64,000 bases of DNA from a virus. The notes under the pieces are model-generated. The model was not told where the DNA came from. It ran no database searches and saw only the letters and a list, made by a program, of their open reading frames with translations. The stretch lies in UHGV virus genome UHGV-0167591, one strand, 5' to 3'. Position numbers and translations under genes: made by a program. Below, in pieces: positions 42,101-50,010 of the stretch. The stretch's first letter is position 1. Each line of letters starts with the position of its first letter.

Positions 42101-42866
42101 ATCCAGGAACCGCGTCACTGCATTAAGCGGGAGTGAGAAGGGGACGCCTGGTATTCAGATGTATGAGGCATATAACAATGGCTACCCTTACGCCTATGGC
42201 AATGTGCTTCATCTTACGGGGGTATCCGCAACAGGAGAAGGTGAGTTACTCATTGGCTGGAGTGGAACCAGCGGTGCTCATGCGCCAGCATATATCCGCT
42301 CAAGGCGGGATACAAATGATGCTAACTGGTCTGAATGGGCGCAGCTTTATACGACAGCACATAAACCATCCGCTGGTGATGTTGGTGCTTTACCAATATC
42401 CGGTGGCACTATTACAGGCGGTTTAACTGTTGATGGGGAAGTTATTTCAAGGTCAGCAAACGGTTATCGCATCGTATGTGGGAACTATGGATTCTTTATC
42501 CGAAATGATGGCAATTTCACCCATTTCATGTTGACCAACTCCGGTGACAGTATGGGGGAGTGGAATAGTTTTAGGCCATTCTATATTCAAAATTCCACTG
42601 GTGGAGTCACTATTGGGCATGGATTAACTGTTGGCGGACAAGTTGTGCCAAGTAACTACGGTAATTTCGACGGGCGTTATGTGATGGATGTTCGCCTGGG
42701 CACACGTGTTGTTCAGACCATGCAAAAAGGCGTGATGTATGAGAAATCAGGCCATGTAATTACAGGGCTTGGCATTGTCGGCGAAGTTGATGGCGATGAT
42801 CCGGCAGTATTCAGACCTATACAAAAATACATTAATGGCACATGGTATAACGTCGCACAGGTGTAA
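39195..42866 (+). CDS. S: tail fibre protein S (constant part joined to variable part Sv in this orientation)
   Basis: 1223 aa with repeated fibre modules (QTFNGGITG...ATATKLKTAR...FDGS); cix site inside at 40546-40571. Confidence 0.8.
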   Translation: MMNDVTVVTSVTYPSPESLALVADVQYHEPYLSAALNRKFRGIVDPGFYAGFLPKPGGGMNLLITSLDGDKTAGAASVDIGEFYQVTIQHRKDISLALSAGKKYAIVLKGRYLLGEDTYQVNTASHIHAAEFVARTYTDSYQLGDGELLVCTVNIPAGVSAITQEMIDTSERINRTIGIEISDSVTSSRSDVAASSLAVKKAYDLAKSKYTAQDASTTQKGLVQLSSATDSDSEIMAATPKAVKSVKDLADTKAPIESPSLTGTPTAPTATQDTNNTQIANTAFVKAAITALINGAPGTLDTLKEIAAAINNDPNFSTTINNALALKAPLASPALTGIPTAPTAAQGTNNTQIATTAYVRAAISALVGSSPEALDTLNELAAALGNDPNFATTMTNALAGRQPLDATLTALAGLATGANKLPYFTGKDMVAQTDLTSVGRDILAKTSVLAVIQYLGLRELGTSGEKIPLLSTANTWSARQTFNGGITGALTGNADTATKLKTARKINNVSFDGSADITLTPANLDVTSLTFMKHNGIIPTTDNLESYGPEEKYLGTWSCPSQSTAKPESGYPEDKGNGVLEVFNAGRFHCTQRYTTRTGNIYIRMLDAEWNPASPTWSAWRVITSGTRPLSTSIDLNSLGGAEHLGIWRNSSTSIASFERHFPEEGSFGQGVLEVFEGGLYGIMQRYTTRRGNVYVRCLSATWNAENPQWEPWSRVGHQSECRYYEGDLNVLTDPGIYSVTGKATNGPMLDTVGATLLGILEVIRRFDGVSVWQRYTTTGKSETTQGRTFERVYAGSKWTEWREVYNSFSLPLNLGIGGAVAKLSSLDWQTYDFVPGSLITVRLDNMTNIPDGMDWGVIDGNLINIAVGPSDDSGAGRSMHVWRSTVSKANYRFFMVRISGNPGSRTITTRRVPIIDEAQTWAAKQTFSAGLSGELSGNAATATKLKTARNINGVKFDGSSDININTLVSRNRVTALSGSEKGTPGIQMYEAYNNGYPYAYGNVLHLTGVSATGEGELLIGWSGTSGAHAPAYIRSRRDTNDANWSEWAQLYTTAHKPSAGDVGALPISGGTITGGLTVDGEVISRSANGYRIVCGNYGFFIRNDGNFTHFMLTNSGDSMGEWNSFRPFYIQNSTGGVTIGHGLTVGGQVVPSNYGNFDGRYVMDVRLGTRVVQTMQKGVMYEKSGHVITGLGIVGEVDGDDPAVFRPIQKYINGTWYNVAQV
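40546..40571. promoter_or_regulatory. cix-type inversion crossover site (left)
   Basis: ttatccaataccttggtttaagagaa at the outer edge of the inverted repeat; half-sites resemble gix/hix. Confidence 0.6.
40556..40700. repeat. left inverted repeat of the invertible segment
   Basis: About 145 bp, near-identical to the reverse complement of 45160-45304. Confidence 0.7.
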
Positions 42867-42869
42867 TTT

Positions 42870-43397
42870 ATGCAGCATTTAAAAAATATTAAGGCAGGGA
42901 ATCCAAAAACAGTTGAACAATATCAACTGACAAAAAATTTCGACGTTATCTGGTTATTTTCAGATGATGGAAAAAACTGGTATGAAGAGGTAAAGAATTT
43001 TCAGGAAGACACAATAAAGATTGTTTACGATGAGAATAATATTATTGTCGCCATTACTAAAGATGCATCAACGCTTAATCCAGAGGGGTTCAGTGTCGTT
43101 GAAGTCCCTGATATTACCGCCAACCGACGAGCTGATGACTCAGGTAAATGGATGTTTAATGACGGTGCCGTGATTAAGCGGATTTATACGGCAGACGAAC
43201 AGCAGCAACTGGCGAAGTCAAAAAAGGCAGCTTTGCTTTCCGAAGCTGAATCCGTGATTTTGCCGCTGGAACGCGCTGTCAGGTTGAATATGGCAACAGA
43301 TGAGGAGTGTAGTCGACTGGAAGCCTGGGAGCGTTACAGCGTTCTGGTCAGTCGCGTGGATGTCACAAATCCAGAATGGCCTGATAAACCAGAATAA
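42870..43397 (+). CDS. U: tail fibre assembly protein U
   Basis: 175 aa directly after S. Confidence 0.65.
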   Translation: MQHLKNIKAGNPKTVEQYQLTKNFDVIWLFSDDGKNWYEEVKNFQEDTIKIVYDENNIIVAITKDASTLNPEGFSVVEVPDITANRRADDSGKWMFNDGAVIKRIYTADEQQQLAKSKKAALLSEAESVILPLERAVRLNMATDEECSRLEAWERYSVLVSRVDVTNPEWPDKPE

Positions 43398-43455
43398 TCA
43401 TTATAGCCAGATGCACTGGAGGAAGTAGATATCTCCAGTGCTCCATATGTTGGGC

Positions 43456-44058
43456 TTACGCCTCTGGCAGTTCAGGCCAGGTGACATCCGGCGCAGTGCT
43501 GGTATCCGTTGACGTTATCGCGTCAATATAATCCAGCACGGCGTTTAGTCGGGTGGATTCCGTTTGCGTCAGCTTCCGCCCGGCCTGTAATTTCAATTGA
43601 ATTAGACTAATAGAAGCAATTGCAGCATCAATCAATGACTGGCGCTGTGCTTCTGCCGCTTCTACTGCGGCATTGTGTTGTGTCTCGGTTTCTGTCACCC
43701 ATTTCTCACCATCCCATTTATCATATGGCGTTAACGGGGCGATAGTGGTTGTGTTTTCAGGATAGTCGCCCGGTGCTGTGATTTCTTTGGCGTCACCCGT
43801 TTCGGTGTTATAGACGATTTCACCGCGATGGTCTGGCACATATTCCCATGAGTTAAAATCCGATGAGCGGCAGATTGTATAGCCAGCCTTATGTGTGCCT
43901 GGTGCATCTAAACAAGAACATGCCGGGATACCGACACCAGCAGCAAGATATTCAGTTGATGTGGAAATATATTCCCGCGTCTCGCCATCATAGTTATAAA
44001 CTGTAATATCCCCAGCCTCTATTGCAATAAAGCTACTATTTAAAACCGCTGTATTCAT
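43456..44058 (-). CDS. alternative tail fibre assembly protein U'
   Basis: 200 aa, convergent with U, downstream of Sv' on the opposite strand. Confidence 0.65.
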   Translation of the reverse strand: MNTAVLNSSFIAIEAGDITVYNYDGETREYISTSTEYLAAGVGIPACSCLDAPGTHKAGYTICRSSDFNSWEYVPDHRGEIVYNTETGDAKEITAPGDYPENTTTIAPLTPYDKWDGEKWVTETETQHNAAVEAAEAQRQSLIDAAIASISLIQLKLQAGRKLTQTESTRLNAVLDYIDAITSTDTSTAPDVTWPELPEA

Positions 44059-45272
44059 TACGCAGCCCTCACGATATAGTTAAACGCATTGTTGATAGGT
44101 CTGGTATCAACAGGGGTTACTTCAACGTAATTTTCCGATGCGCCGGAATCGTTATTTACCGCAACACTGGATGGTGATTGTCCTATTAAAATCGCATCGG
44201 TTATATAGATACTGCCAGGACTTACGGTATATGTTGTTCCTCTTGCCCAGAACTGACCAACTTTAGGTTGCTGCTCTGAAAGTAGAGCACGACTGGTATC
44301 AATTCCCCGTCCATCATCCCAGCCACGAATAAACACGCCACGCAAATCAGGTAATTTCCCGGTAGGGTATACCTTGGCAAGCAGAGGATATTTAGCCATA
44401 TCAAATGCAGCACCATTGCATTTCAGCCACCCCGTCGGAGGCGTGGCGGAAGGCCACGGCAAGGGAACGCCCACGGGAATGATTTCGATATTTGCGCTAC
44501 CGTTAAATGATACGCCGCTGATTGCACGAGCGGTTTGTAGCTTTGTAGCCGTTGCAGCATTGCCAGTCGTATTTTGATTTCCCGTAGTGTTAACGCCAGG
44601 CAAGTTAATATTTGCAGTCCCATTGAATGACACGCCGCCTATAGTTCTTGCGGTTTGCAATTTTGTTGCAGACGCCGCATTTCCTGTAGTGTTCTGGTTT
44701 CCTGTTGTATTTACACCAGGAATCGAATCTTTAGATGTATAGATTTTCGCCCATTCTGACCACTCGGCAGTCGTTACATCTCTTCGAGAACGGATATAAC
44801 TTGGAGCATGTGCACCACTTGTGCCACTCCAGCCAATCAGGAGTTCCCCCTCCCCGACAGAGGTTGCACCTTTAAGATGAACAACGTTTCCGTATGTAGT
44901 GGGATAACCATTATTGCTAACTTCATACATCTGGATGCCCGCTGATGCTCCCTGTGTGGCACCTGTTAAGGCGGTAACACGCCCGCGACCAACGAGAGTA
45001 TTGATACTAATATTTTTGGTTCCATCAAAGGACACACCATTAATACTGCGCGCTGTTGCCAGTTTTGTCGCGGTTGCCGCATTACCTGTGGTGTTCTGGT
45101 TTCCTGCGGTGTTTACACCAGGGAGGTTGATGTTTGTAGAGCCATCAAATGCCACACCACCGATCGTGCGGGCAGTTTTTAATTTCGTCGCGGTATCGGC
45201 GTTCCCCGTCAGCGTTCCGGTGATCCCGCCGTTGAAAGTCTGGCGTGCATTCCATGTGTTAGCTGTGCTCAA
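44058..45272 (-). CDS. alternative tail-fibre variable segment Sv' (promoterless here; fused to the constant part only after inversion)
   Basis: Same fibre repeat modules as S; its 5' end lies inside the right inverted repeat. Confidence 0.7.
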   Translation of the reverse strand: MSTANTWNARQTFNGGITGTLTGNADTATKLKTARTIGGVAFDGSTNINLPGVNTAGNQNTTGNAATATKLATARSINGVSFDGTKNISINTLVGRGRVTALTGATQGASAGIQMYEVSNNGYPTTYGNVVHLKGATSVGEGELLIGWSGTSGAHAPSYIRSRRDVTTAEWSEWAKIYTSKDSIPGVNTTGNQNTTGNAASATKLQTARTIGGVSFNGTANINLPGVNTTGNQNTTGNAATATKLQTARAISGVSFNGSANIEIIPVGVPLPWPSATPPTGWLKCNGAAFDMAKYPLLAKVYPTGKLPDLRGVFIRGWDDGRGIDTSRALLSEQQPKVGQFWARGTTYTVSPGSIYITDAILIGQSPSSVAVNNDSGASENYVEVTPVDTRPINNAFNYIVRAA

Positions 45273-45304
45273 CAGGGGGATCTTTTCGCCGCTGGTGCCG
45301 AGTT
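45160..45304. repeat. right inverted repeat of the invertible segment
   Basis: Reverse complement matches 40556-40700 with a few substitutions. Confidence 0.7.
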
Positions 45305-45328
45305 CTCTTAAACCAAGGTTTAAGATTG
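45303..45328. promoter_or_regulatory. cix-type inversion crossover site (right), overlapping the cin stop
   Basis: tcttaaaccaaggtttaaga, near-palindromic around central AA/GG. Confidence 0.6.
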
Positions 45329-45880
45329 AAATGATGATGCCGGAAACTTTTTATAAAGCGTGGACATAGCCACATCATAGATGATTGCAACCTGTTTACG
45401 GGGGATGCCATTTTCTAGCAATCGTCGCATTTGCTGCCATGTCTCTTCCGGGTATTTAGGCCGACGGCCTCCTATTCGCCCCTCCGCGCGAGCTGCATCA
45501 AGCCCAGCGCGTGTACGTTCGACGATAAGTTCGCGTTCCATTTCTGCCAGCGCCCCCATTACGTGAAAGAAAAAGCGCCCCATTGGTGTACTGGTGTCGA
45601 TGGAGTCAGTGAGACTCCGGAAGTTAATGCCTCTGTCACGCAGCTCTTCCACCAGCACAACTAAGTGACGCATGCTGCGCCCAAGACGATCTAACTTCCA
45701 TACGACCAGGGTGTCACCTCTGGAAAGCATACGCAGAACCTTTTTTAACCCAGGGCGTTCAGCCTTTTTGCCGCTCGCCTTATCCTCAAAAATTAGCTCA
45801 CATCCTGCGCTTTCAAGGGCATTTCGTTGCAAAGCAGTGTTTTGTTCATTTGTTGATACGCGTACATAGCCTATTAGCAT
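45320..45880 (-). CDS. cin: serine recombinase / DNA invertase Cin (Hin/Gin/Cin family)
   Basis: 186 aa; N-terminal catalytic motif MLIGYVRVSTNEQ, C-terminal helix-turn-helix. Confidence 0.9.
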   Translation of the reverse strand: MLIGYVRVSTNEQNTALQRNALESAGCELIFEDKASGKKAERPGLKKVLRMLSRGDTLVVWKLDRLGRSMRHLVVLVEELRDRGINFRSLTDSIDTSTPMGRFFFHVMGALAEMERELIVERTRAGLDAARAEGRIGGRRPKYPEETWQQMRRLLENGIPRKQVAIIYDVAMSTLYKKFPASSFQS

Positions 45881-45992
45881 ATTTTCTGCTCACTATCGTT
45901 ATTTATAGCAAGCTGCGGATTTTAATTAACAAAAACCAGTGTGTGTGGAAATCACAAAGTGCATACCGTTTCCCAGTGATGTTTAACTCACC

Positions 45993-46289
45993 ATGAGGGA
46001 AATTATTATGTTTGATTTAAAAATAATTCTCATATCCATCCTTGGCGGAGTGCATTCGTTTCTGAATGGGGTTCGTGAAAAACGTTACGAAGCGTCATGC
46101 AGGAAATTGTTGGCCGAGTGTATTTCTGCCGTACTTGCAGGCTTTATAGGCATGTGTTTCGCGGAATATAAGGGGATGGATGAAAGTCTTCAGAATTGCG
46201 TGACTCTTATTTGCAGCATCAATAACAGGCTCATTCTTGAAAGGTTACAAAGGCTTATCGATTCGTACCTCAATAGAAATGCCTCTTAA
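45993..46289 (+). CDS. small two-helix membrane protein (holin-like, tentative)
   Basis: 98 aa with two hydrophobic segments; directly upstream of the holin gene. Confidence 0.4.
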   Translation: MREIIMFDLKIILISILGGVHSFLNGVREKRYEASCRKLLAECISAVLAGFIGMCFAEYKGMDESLQNCVTLICSINNRLILERLQRLIDSYLNRNAS

Positions 46290-46356
46290 GCAACAAATGA
46301 CCGGTTGAGAAGTTACTTTGCATACCATTACCTCCTGACAACGTAGGAGGGAACTT

Positions 46357-46686
46357 GTGCTTGACACACAGGAATTAGCTCCAGTTGCTATTGCGCTCCT
46401 GCTTTCAGTAATTGGTGGGATAGGCACGTTCCTGATGGATGTCCGAGACGGTCGTCAGTCTGGCAATTTGTTGGGATTGGTTACGGAGATCTTTGTTGCA
46501 GTGACAGCTGGCGCGGTGGCGTACCTATTGGGGCAACACGAGGGCTGGGAGTTATCAATTACGTACTTAATGGTAACGATAGCCAGCAATAACGGTCATG
46601 AGGTGATTTCAGGGATGAAACGAGTGAATATCGATAGCATTCTGAATGTTCTTACAAGTTTGGTGAAAAAGGGAGGCGGGAAATGA
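46357..46686 (+). CDS. lydA: holin (P1 LydA-like)
   Basis: 109 aa with hydrophobic transmembrane segments and a charged C-terminus. Confidence 0.55.
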   Translation: MLDTQELAPVAIALLLSVIGGIGTFLMDVRDGRQSGNLLGLVTEIFVAVTAGAVAYLLGQHEGWELSITYLMVTIASNNGHEVISGMKRVNIDSILNVLTSLVKKGGGK

Positions 46687-47126
46687 TTGGCTGGGGTGTA
46701 TGCGCTCTTGCGTTAGCCTTAGCCGATCGCTATTTGCTAAAACGCAAGGACATCACGAATTTAGAGCTTGGCGAAGTGGAAATTAAACCGGGCTTCATCC
46801 GGGTGCCGTTCAAATACCGGTCCAAATTTCCTTTTTTGCGCGGCGCAACGGTCAGGTATTGGATCCGCGATGTTCAGAAGCCGACGACAGTGATTGAAGG
46901 CGAGCAACGTTGTCTGACATCGGCTGAACAGGGCGAAAACAGCGAATGGTTATACATACCCACTGAATATATGGGTAAAGGAGAACGGCTGTGGCATTTC
47001 AACGTCATGGTTACGCATGGCGACTCGTTCATTAACCCGTTGTATCGGATTTTCCCTGTTACTCAGCAAATCCGCAGAAGTTACGTAATAAATCTCGCAC
47101 AGGATGTGTCAGATGACGAAAAATAA
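46683..47126 (+). CDS. lydB: antiholin (P1 LydB-like)
   Basis: 147 aa, overlaps the holin stop. Confidence 0.5.
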   Translation: MIGWGVCALALALADRYLLKRKDITNLELGEVEIKPGFIRVPFKYRSKFPFLRGATVRYWIRDVQKPTTVIEGEQRCLTSAEQGENSEWLYIPTEYMGKGERLWHFNVMVTHGDSFINPLYRIFPVTQQIRRSYVINLAQDVSDDEK

Positions 47127-47715
47127 GTATGCAACGGTCGATTTTGACCAGGTTAATGAAAAGGGGCTGAAATCCCTTATCGCGGCGATCAATAAAACCG
47201 GTGTTACGGTAATTGAGGTTGACTCCAGCAACCGCGCAACAACGAAAGATGGCGTTAAAGTTAAAACCGCAAAGCTGGTTCTTAACGACGGACAAATTCT
47301 TGCCATACAGGTAAACGATACTGGCGATATATCGTCTGTGAGGCTGAATGGAAAAGCTATTCCTAACGCTCAGTCGCCGGATATCAAGACGCTTGGTACC
47401 GTCATGGGGCAAGCGGCCCGCAAAAACTCCGCAAAATTCCAGAAATCACTGATCGCCAAAGCGAAACGTGTTGCCAATCCGGTAGACAAGAAACCGGCAG
47501 TAAAATCCAACTTTCAGCGCCTGCAAGAGGCAAAACAGCGGAATGCTCAGGTGGTTGCCGCTTATAAATCAGCGCAGAACTCGGTGTCTTTCAATCAACA
47601 GCAGATCACTGATTTGCGGGCGAAGCTGGATAAGGAGACAGGCCGACTCAATAACGAAAAGGCCCGAAATGGCGAACTCAAACGCCGTCTTAAGCAACTG
47701 AAAGCAGGAAATTAA
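47104..47715 (+). CDS. DarA-fragment homolog (P1 Hdf-like)
   Basis: 203 aa; AARKNSAKFQKSLIAKAKRV parallels NLAEKNSAKFQRAQKKKKALV in the next gene. Confidence 0.5.
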   Translation: MCQMTKNKYATVDFDQVNEKGLKSLIAAINKTGVTVIEVDSSNRATTKDGVKVKTAKLVLNDGQILAIQVNDTGDISSVRLNGKAIPNAQSPDIKTLGTVMGQAARKNSAKFQKSLIAKAKRVANPVDKKPAVKSNFQRLQEAKQRNAQVVAAYKSAQNSVSFNQQQITDLRAKLDKETGRLNNEKARNGELKRRLKQLKAGN

Positions 47716-47716
47716 C

Positions 47717-49636
47717 ATGGAACAGTTCAATATCAATAAAGGGGTGACGATTAAGCCTGGGCTTGACGTGCTTCCCCCGCCGGTGACTGATGATGAATAT
47801 CGCGCATTAATGGCCGGTGAGGACCGCTATCTGATGACGGAATCCAACACGCTGGAGGAAATCGAGGCTACGTTCTTCTATGACACGCCGATCCACTGGT
47901 GTGCTACGGATTTACTGGAGGCGATTAGTTCTACTCGTTTGCAGTTACACCGGACCATGCAGGCATTTGTCCGGGCATTGAACCAGAAGTTGAATGGTAC
48001 AGGAATCTCTGCGGGGAGTGATAAAACGGGTGATGTGGCCCAGAGCGGCGCGCGAGCGATCGGCGGCGCTGAAATTGGCCGGGCGCGTAACGTTAACGGG
48101 CTGCCGGTCCTGCCAGCCATTATTCCGCTCAGTGATGGTCAGACTATCAGCATTCTGTTTCATAGCCCGACGGCGGAAAACCGGATCACAAATAGCGATA
48201 CGCTGGTTGCTTTCCAGTTCTTACTGAATAAAAAAGACGTTACTCACACCGTTGCGCCGATGAGTGGACGTGATATGACGCTGGCGCAGGTCACCATGAA
48301 ACTTGCCAACCTTGCAGAGAAAAACTCGGCAAAATTCCAGCGTGCGCAGAAGAAGAAAAAAGCCCTGGTTGATGAAATAACCCAGCTACAGGATGACAGT
48401 GACCAGAAAGAGGATGCCATGAGCGACCTCGCGGATCAGGTGGCTGCGGTAGAAGGCCAGAAGGCAGATCTGGAGCAGAAAATTAACGCGGTTGCTTCGG
48501 AAGCGGATTCTCTTTATCAAGAAAATGAGCGTTTGCAGGCGGAGATTGATCAGCTCAATCGCACTGGTGGGCGCGATACCATTGCTCCAGCGGGGATGAC
48601 TGGTGGGCACTCTCGCGCGCTGACGGATCGCCTTGCAAGTATCAAAAATCGTATGCATATGAACGGGGAAGTGACGCTCAGTAATGGTGCATCAATGAAG
48701 CAATTCATTGAGGACGGTGAAGGGTATATCCAGTTAACCGATTCGGATGGCAGCGTGTACATGATCAAGGCTAAATCCATACAGGGTGTGGACATGGCAG
48801 ATGCGATCGGCAAGCTGTTTAAAGCCTATAAAGCGGGTAATGTATCGGAATACCTGGTCCAACCAGAAGAACATAAACCGGAAAAGGTCGAACCTGAACC
48901 AGCGGAGGATACCGGTAGCTCTTCGCCTGAACCAGAAGTCTCTGTAGGTGCATATCGATATGCCCTGCAAATGCGTCCGGCGGCCCCTGGCGCAATACCT
49001 GAAGGTAACAAAGCAATTCTGCCGCGCCCTGATGAAGGTGACCCGTATTATGAATATGCACGCTACGGCATTGCTACTTACGATACCCCGCTTTCTGATC
49101 AGCAAATGAGTGAGTACGACCTGAAGTTATTGCCTCGCGAGGATTCTTTCGACTTCCTGGCGAAGACACTTGCTAATGGTCCGTTTGGCAAATATGCACA
49201 AAAAGCTCTGGAGCTGGCCACCAGCTCACCAGACGAGTTCCGCGTAATGCTGAAAACTCAGTTTCAAAAAACTTTCCTCAATATTGCGTTTCCTGGGGGC
49301 GCTGGCACCGAGAAAATGGTGCAGAGCATGATCAATGCATTGCAGGCCGAAGTCGGTGAGATTACTCAGCCAGAACCGGCCCCGGCACAGCCTGATGAAA
49401 CGGTTAGCGAAGCAGATGCAGAGGCTAATAAAGCCATTGAATATCTCAATAACGTGATGGATATGCAAAGCACTGACATGGCGGAGATCCGTAACGCTCG
49501 GGGCAATGTCCGGGAAGCGATTGCAGCCCTTCAGGCTGCCGGACGTTTTGAGGAAAACGAAGAGCTGGTTAACGGCGCAGCTCGCCACCTGGCTGATCTG
49601 TTGGTAGCAATCCAGAAAGCGGGGGTAGCGGCATGA
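47717..49636 (+). CDS. darA: virion antirestriction protein DarA-like
   Basis: 639 aa (the size I recall for P1 DarA); coiled-coil central region; position next to cin. Confidence 0.55.
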   Translation: MEQFNINKGVTIKPGLDVLPPPVTDDEYRALMAGEDRYLMTESNTLEEIEATFFYDTPIHWCATDLLEAISSTRLQLHRTMQAFVRALNQKLNGTGISAGSDKTGDVAQSGARAIGGAEIGRARNVNGLPVLPAIIPLSDGQTISILFHSPTAENRITNSDTLVAFQFLLNKKDVTHTVAPMSGRDMTLAQVTMKLANLAEKNSAKFQRAQKKKKALVDEITQLQDDSDQKEDAMSDLADQVAAVEGQKADLEQKINAVASEADSLYQENERLQAEIDQLNRTGGRDTIAPAGMTGGHSRALTDRLASIKNRMHMNGEVTLSNGASMKQFIEDGEGYIQLTDSDGSVYMIKAKSIQGVDMADAIGKLFKAYKAGNVSEYLVQPEEHKPEKVEPEPAEDTGSSSPEPEVSVGAYRYALQMRPAAPGAIPEGNKAILPRPDEGDPYYEYARYGIATYDTPLSDQQMSEYDLKLLPREDSFDFLAKTLANGPFGKYAQKALELATSSPDEFRVMLKTQFQKTFLNIAFPGGAGTEKMVQSMINALQAEVGEITQPEPAPAQPDETVSEADAEANKAIEYLNNVMDMQSTDMAEIRNARGNVREAIAALQAAGRFEENEELVNGAARHLADLLVAIQKAGVAA

Positions 49637-49998
49637 CACTATCAGCTATTGAGTTAATGGATCTCAGCGATAAGTTGGATGCTCTGATGTCCAAAGCGGC
49701 TACCGCGAGTGGCATGGAGTTGCTGGATATCAGCGATGAAATTGACCAGATCATGCAACAGATGGGGTACGGTGTGTCCGGCGGCAGTAGTGGCGAGGAA
49801 AAACAACCTTCGGTACATGATGGTGTGCCAAAACTGGTTGCTGATTTCCTGGCTGATAAATTCGTCGATCAGAGCACCGATGCATTTATCGGTACCTTGC
49901 AGGATTTGAGTCAATATGTTGGCACATACATCGACCTGGACCAGGTTAAACAGCACACGGCGGCATGGATAGCCGCCAACATTAAAGAGGCAGCATAA
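49633..49998 (+). CDS. small dar-operon protein (DdrA-like)
   Basis: 121 aa, overlaps the darA stop. Confidence 0.4.
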   Translation: MTLSAIELMDLSDKLDALMSKAATASGMELLDISDEIDQIMQQMGYGVSGGSSGEEKQPSVHDGVPKLVADFLADKFVDQSTDAFIGTLQDLSQYVGTYIDLDQVKQHTAAWIAANIKEAA

Positions 49999-50010
49999 GG
50001 CGTAACAGGG

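Larger units (their letters stand above)
40546..45328. other. Cin-invertible C-segment (tail-fibre host-range switch)
   Basis: Bounded by inverted cix sites; contains Sv-U on one strand and U'-Sv' on the other; invertase gene adjacent. Confidence 0.75.

Noticed and set aside
44914-45369. 151-aa ORF on the plus strand
   Set aside because: Antisense shadow of Sv' and the cin 3' end; repetitive composition mirrors the fibre repeats.
45320-45880. Transposase or integrase of a mobile element
   Set aside because: The protein is a small serine invertase acting on the flanking cix sites; no terminal inverted repeats of an IS element, no tyrosine integrase and no att-like site were found in the window.
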